Source: Sphingomonas sp. (GTDB lineage Bacteria; Pseudomonadota; Alphaproteobacteria; Sphingomonadales; Sphingomonadaceae). Taken from it: 64,000 nucleotides of DNA. This document shows positions 59,550 to 64,000 of the stretch, one piece after another. The notes below the pieces were generated by a model. It was not told the DNA's origin. It made no database searches and saw only the letters and a program-made list of their open reading frames with translations. The position numbers were made by a program, and so were the translations under genes. The stretch's first letter is position 1, and each line of letters starts with the position of its first letter. Location of the stretch: contig NZ_JAHBZJ010000009.1 in the NCBI RefSeq assembly GCF_019635455.1, positions 98,349 to 162,348 on the forward strand. The letters run 5' to 3'.

Positions 59550-61235
59550 ATGAAAACCGTTCGTAACATCCTGCTGGCCGGCTGTTCGGCCGCAGTGCTC
59601 ACCGCTTGCAACGGCGCGTCGGACGTCGCTTCGCCGGGCGCCGGCACGGTGAACGTCAACATCTCGAACCCGGCACCGACCCCGACGCCCACGCCCGCGC
59701 CGACCAGCTCGCTCGTCACCCCGGCGACCGGCTGCCCGACGATCGCCGACCCGCAGGGTCTGGCCGATGGCGGCACGATCACCGGCCCGACCGGCACCTA
59801 TCGCATCTGCACCCTGCCCGCGCGCTTCGTGCGCAGCGTGACGCTGCCCAAGATTTCGGGCCTTCTGTATCAGCTCGCCGGTCGCACCGACGTCGGCTAC
59901 GACAACGGCCCGACCGCGCTCAGCTCGACCAACACCCGCACCGTGACCGATCCGTCAGGCGCGACGATCACGCTGACCGCCGATTCGAACGTCACGCTGA
60001 CGATCCAGCCGGGCGTGATCATCTATGCCAACACCGGCGTCGCCTGGCTGAACGTCAACCGCGGCAACAAGATCCAGGCCGCCGGCACCGCCAGCGCGCC
60101 GATCATCTTTACCAGCCGCGACAACATCCTGGGCCTCAACACCGACAATTCGTCGGGCCAGTGGGGCGGCGTCGTGCTTTCGGGCCGTGCGCCGATCACC
60201 GACTGCGCCGCGAGCAGCGCGACGCCGGGTACGGTCGCCTGTGAGCGCCAGACCGAAGGCGCCGTGGACCCCGCGCTGTACGGCGGTGCCACCGCCACCG
60301 ACAACAGCGGCACGCTCAGCTTCGTGCAGATCCGCTATTCGGGCTATGTGCTGTCGGCGAACAGCGAGCTTCAGTCGCTGACCACCCAGGGCGTCGGTTC
60401 GGGGACCACGCTCGATCATATCCAGACGTTCAACAGCTCGGACGACGGCGCCGAATTCTTCGGCGGCCGCGTCAACATGAAATATTACATCTCGGTCGGC
60501 GCCGAGGACGATAATCTGGATACCGACACCGGCGTGAAGGCCAATTTCCAGTATGTGATCGCGGTTCAGCGCAACGGCGCGACCCCGGCGATCGCCGACG
60601 CGATGATCGAGGCCGACTCGGACAATGGCGTCGATGGCGACAATCCGCGCCAGAATGTGTTCCTGTCGAACTTCACCTTCATCGACCGGGTTGCGGGTAA
60701 CTCCGACGTCGCCTCCATCCTGTTGCGCGGCGGCACCGACTATACGCTGGTGAACGGCGTGATGCTCAACACCGTGACCAACCCGTGCCTGCGCATCAGC
60801 CGCGCGCAGACCGCCTCGACCACGCAGAATGCGGCGATCGACGAATATGGCGCCCCGCAATTCCGTTCGGTGGTGTTCAACGGGTGCGGCAGCCAGCCCT
60901 TCGTCGGCGCGAACAGCGTCACCGACGCGCAGGTTTCGGCGATCTTCGGTTCGGGTAGCAACAACAACAATGTCAACTACACGCCGACCCTCACCAGCCT
61001 GTTCGTGAACGGTGCGAACGAGACCGCGGTCACCGCGTTCAACGCCGCGACGTTCAACGGCCAGTCGTTCAACGGCACCACGCTGACGCCGACCGGCTTC
61101 TTTGACACGACGACCTATATCGGCGCGGTCAAGGACGCCAACGACAACTGGTACAAGGGCTGGACCTGCAACAGCGGCACCGCCAGCTTTGGGACGGGCA
61201 ATACGGGTCTTTGCACCTCGCTCCCGACCACCTGA
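59550..61235 (+). CDS. Beta-helix lipoprotein (ElpS-like, phosphate-starvation type)
   Basis: Lipobox AVLTA-C; PTPTP linker; WGGVVLSGRAP, DNSGTLSFVQIRYSG, SSDDGAEFFGGRVN, EDDNLDTDTG repeats; Asn/Thr-rich. Confidence 0.8.
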   Translation: MKTVRNILLAGCSAAVLTACNGASDVASPGAGTVNVNISNPAPTPTPTPAPTSSLVTPATGCPTIADPQGLADGGTITGPTGTYRICTLPARFVRSVTLPKISGLLYQLAGRTDVGYDNGPTALSSTNTRTVTDPSGATITLTADSNVTLTIQPGVIIYANTGVAWLNVNRGNKIQAAGTASAPIIFTSRDNILGLNTDNSSGQWGGVVLSGRAPITDCAASSATPGTVACERQTEGAVDPALYGGATATDNSGTLSFVQIRYSGYVLSANSELQSLTTQGVGSGTTLDHIQTFNSSDDGAEFFGGRVNMKYYISVGAEDDNLDTDTGVKANFQYVIAVQRNGATPAIADAMIEADSDNGVDGDNPRQNVFLSNFTFIDRVAGNSDVASILLRGGTDYTLVNGVMLNTVTNPCLRISRAQTASTTQNAAIDEYGAPQFRSVVFNGCGSQPFVGANSVTDAQVSAIFGSGSNNNNVNYTPTLTSLFVNGANETAVTAFNAATFNGQSFNGTTLTPTGFFDTTTYIGAVKDANDNWYKGWTCNSGTASFGTGNTGLCTSLPTT

Positions 61236-61249
61236 TCCACGCGGCATGA

Positions 61250-61288
61250 CCGGGGGTGGGGCGCGCCGGCGGCACGCTCCACCCCGTT
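61250..61288 (+). terminator. Intergenic hairpin between the lipoprotein and the TonB-dependent receptor
   Basis: CGGGGGTGGGGCG...CGCTCCACCCCG-TTT inverted repeat; a partial terminator or mRNA-stability element. Confidence 0.5.
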
Positions 61289-61308
61289 TCCAATTCGTAC
61301 AGGGGGTA

Positions 61309-64000
61309 ATGATGGCCAGGCCGTTGCAGCTTGCGAGCGTTTTTCTATTCACCACCGCGCTCGTCGCGCCGTCGATGGCGCACGCCGCGCCGCAGGACAC
61401 GCCCGGGGCGGCACAGCAGACCGATCAGCCTGACGCGGCGGAACCGGCCGGCGCGCAGCCGGCGGACGGCGGCCAGCAGGATGTCGAGATTTCGGCGCCC
61501 GGTGCCGGGATCGTCGTGACCGGCCGGCGCGAAACCAATGTGTCGCGCACCCAGCCGCAGGTCGTGACCGTCCTGACCACCGAGGATATCGCGCGGACCG
61601 GCGAAGGCGATATCGCCGGATCGCTCGGTCGTGCGACCGGCCTGAGCGTGGTGGGCAACGGATATGTCTATGTCCGCGGCCTGGGCGATCGCTACTCGCT
61701 CGCGCTGCTCAACGGCTCGCCATTGCCCAGCCCGGAGCCGTTGAAGCGCGTCGTTCCGCTCGACCTGTTCCCGACCAGCATCATTTCATCCTCGCTGGTT
61801 CAGAAAAGCTATTCGGCGAATTATCCGGGCGAATTCGGCGGCGGCGTGATCAACCTCACCACCAAATCGGCCCCGCGCGAAGCGTTCCTGACGCTGGGCG
61901 GCAGCCTGGGCTATGATTCGGCGACGACCGGCCAGCTTGGCTACACCTATTATGGCGCGGACGACGACTGGACGGGATTCGACAACGGCACCCGCACGCT
62001 CAAGCCGTCGCTGCGCGCCTATCTGAACAGCGGGCAGCGGATCAGTTCGGGCAATGTCGATACCAGCGTGATCGCCGCCGATCTGGTGACGAGCCGCAAT
62101 GCGCTGGTCCAGCGCAACACCGATATCCCCGCAAACTGGTCGTTCGATGCGACCGGCGGCTTTTCGACCGATATCGGCGCCACGCGGATCGGCGTGATCG
62201 CGACCGCCGGCCTCAGCAACAAATGGCGCACGCGCGACACGATCCAGCAGACCGCCGCCAGCCGCGACCTGTCGATCAAGGAACTCGATTTCCGCCGGGT
62301 CATCACCGATCAGCGCGCGGTTGCGAACGCGCTGCTGGGCATCAACGCGAAGTTCGACCAGAATGTCGTGCGCCTGACCGGCCTGTTCATCCGCGACACG
62401 CTGAAACAGGCGCGGCTGGGGCAGGGGACGCGTCAGACCGGCGATCCCAACGCCACCTATATGCAGCAGGATACGGCGTGGTTCGAACGCCAGCTGATCG
62501 ATCTGCAAGGCGTCGCCGAATTGCAGCTGACCCCGGAACTGAGCGTCAACCTGCGTGGTGGCTATGCCAATACGCGACGCAATGCCCCGGACGAGCTGAG
62601 TTTCGAATATTATCGCAGCAACCGGGCGGCGGACCCCTATGGCCAGCTGTTCATCAACCGGTTGAACAACGGTCAGCAGGGACGCGGCGAGGTCAGCTAT
62701 TCCTACCTCAACGAAAATCTGTGGTCGGCCGGCGCGGACCTTTCCTATCGCTTTTCGCCCGCGATCACCGCGGTTGTCGGCTATGCCTATGCGGACACCG
62801 ATCGCCGTACCGAACGGCGCGATTTCCAGTTCACCGCGTCGAACACGTTCCCGACCTATCTGGCGCTGCTGCGGCCCGACATGCTGCTGTCGCGCGGGGT
62901 GATCGCCTATGGCCAGGATAGCCGGAACCCGACGCCCTACACGATCGGCGTGACCGACACGAACGAGGCGAACCCGGTGTTCGACGCGGCGCTGACCAAT
63001 CACGCCGGCTATGCCCAGGCGCTGGTCAAGCTGACCGACGCGGTTCGCCTTGACCTTGGTGTGCGGTATGAAACCGCGCGACAGACGGTGACGCCGGTTC
63101 AGGTGTTCACCGTGCCGACCGCATCGCTGGCGGGAACGGCGTTGAACCGCGATTACTGGCTGCCGGCGGCGACGCTCACCTGGGAAATCGCCGACCGGAT
63201 GCAGTTCCGCGTCAGCGGGTCGAAGACCATCGCCCGGCCGCAGTTCCGCGAGCTGATCTTCCAGTCCTATTTCGATCCCGACAACAACCGGATGTTCCGC
63301 GGCAATCCCCGCCTGGTCGACAGCCAGCTGTATAATGGCGAGGCGCGGCTGGAATGGTATTTCGCGCGCGAACAGCGCGTGTCGATCGCCGGATTCTACA
63401 AGAAGATCGACAAGCCGATCGAAACCTATGCCAGCTTCAGCGACAATGACGTGCTGAGCAGCTTCGCCAACGCGCCGCGTGCGCAATTGTGGGGCGGCGA
63501 GATCGAGCTGGTGAAATACATCAATCTCGACGGTCTGGGCGAATCGGGCTTCTTCTCGACCCGCCGACTGGTGGTGATCGGCAACTATACCTACACCCAG
63601 TCGAAGATCATCGTGCGGTCGGGCGACACGGTCGATGCCTTTCCGCTGGCCGCGTCGCAGGCGAGCGATTTCTTCACCAACGGCGCGCCGCTGACCGGCC
63701 AGTCGAACCACCTGGCAAATCTTCAGGTCGGTATCGAGGATACGGGCAAGCTGTCGCAGATGACCTTCCTGCTCAACTATGCGAGCGAGCGGGTCACCAA
63801 TCGCGGTGCGGCCGGGCAGCCGGACATCAAGGAGCATCCCGGCTTCCGCCTCGATTTCGTGGCGCGGCAGGGGATCAACATCCTTGGCACCGAGACCGAG
63901 CTGAAGCTGGAGGTGCGCAACATCACCGGTGCCAGCTATCAGGAGTATCAGGAATCGGGCGCGAACCGGATCTATTACAACCGGTACAAGGTCGGGCGGA
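61309..64000 (+). CDS. TonB-dependent outer membrane receptor, truncated by the window end
   Basis: ATGATG after AGGGGG; signal peptide; TonB box GIVVTGRR; plug motifs TEDIARTGEGDIA, YVYVRGLGDRYS, PSPEPLKRVVPLDLFP; barrel motifs KTIARPQFREL, YKKIDKPIE. The frame stays open to 64000, so it is absent from the ORF track. Confidence 0.93.
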   Translation, partial: MMARPLQLASVFLFTTALVAPSMAHAAPQDTPGAAQQTDQPDAAEPAGAQPADGGQQDVEISAPGAGIVVTGRRETNVSRTQPQVVTVLTTEDIARTGEGDIAGSLGRATGLSVVGNGYVYVRGLGDRYSLALLNGSPLPSPEPLKRVVPLDLFPTSIISSSLVQKSYSANYPGEFGGGVINLTTKSAPREAFLTLGGSLGYDSATTGQLGYTYYGADDDWTGFDNGTRTLKPSLRAYLNSGQRISSGNVDTSVIAADLVTSRNALVQRNTDIPANWSFDATGGFSTDIGATRIGVIATAGLSNKWRTRDTIQQTAASRDLSIKELDFRRVITDQRAVANALLGINAKFDQNVVRLTGLFIRDTLKQARLGQGTRQTGDPNATYMQQDTAWFERQLIDLQGVAELQLTPELSVNLRGGYANTRRNAPDELSFEYYRSNRAADPYGQLFINRLNNGQQGRGEVSYSYLNENLWSAGADLSYRFSPAITAVVGYAYADTDRRTERRDFQFTASNTFPTYLALLRPDMLLSRGVIAYGQDSRNPTPYTIGVTDTNEANPVFDAALTNHAGYAQALVKLTDAVRLDLGVRYETARQTVTPVQVFTVPTASLAGTALNRDYWLPAATLTWEIADRMQFRVSGSKTIARPQFRELIFQSYFDPDNNRMFRGNPRLVDSQLYNGEARLEWYFAREQRVSIAGFYKKIDKPIETYASFSDNDVLSSFANAPRAQLWGGEIELVKYINLDGLGESGFFSTRRLVVIGNYTYTQSKIIVRSGDTVDAFPLAASQASDFFTNGAPLTGQSNHLANLQVGIEDTGKLSQMTFLLNYASERVTNRGAAGQPDIKEHPGFRLDFVARQGINILGTETELKLEVRNITGASYQEYQESGANRIYYNRYKVGR

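Overview
High-GC alphaproteobacterial chromosome segment, most consistent with a Sphingomonas-like sphingomonad: the bamA-skp-fabZ cluster lacks lpxD/lpxA, and the gene order and small conserved proteins fit that family. Most of the window is core genome: alaS, icd, psd-pssA, rpsB-tsf, pyrH-frr-uppS-cdsA-dxr-rseP-bamA-skp-fabZ, rpmE, yqgF-pyrB-pyrC', gatCAB, tRNA-Leu-tig, clpP-clpX, lon-hupB and tRNA-Val. Small accessory genes are interspersed. The main non-routine observations are: (1) a ~2.5 kb islet at tRNA-Val(CAC), bounded by an exact 16-bp att repeat, with a shattered tyrosine integrase and an intact tailspike-like beta-helix gene; (2) a 72-aa membrane protein whose promoter carries an exact alphaproteobacterial LexA box, a candidate SOS division inhibitor; (3) a module of a short ParA, a ribbon-helix-helix protein and two SPOR proteins with CtrA-like boxes; (4) a 52-codon basic micro-ORF coupled between gatA and gatB that the ORF track misses; (5) a beta-helix lipoprotein plus TonB-dependent receptor preceded by a triple Pho box. 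All family assignments come from motif recognition by eye; no database search was run. No CRISPR array or rRNA was seen.
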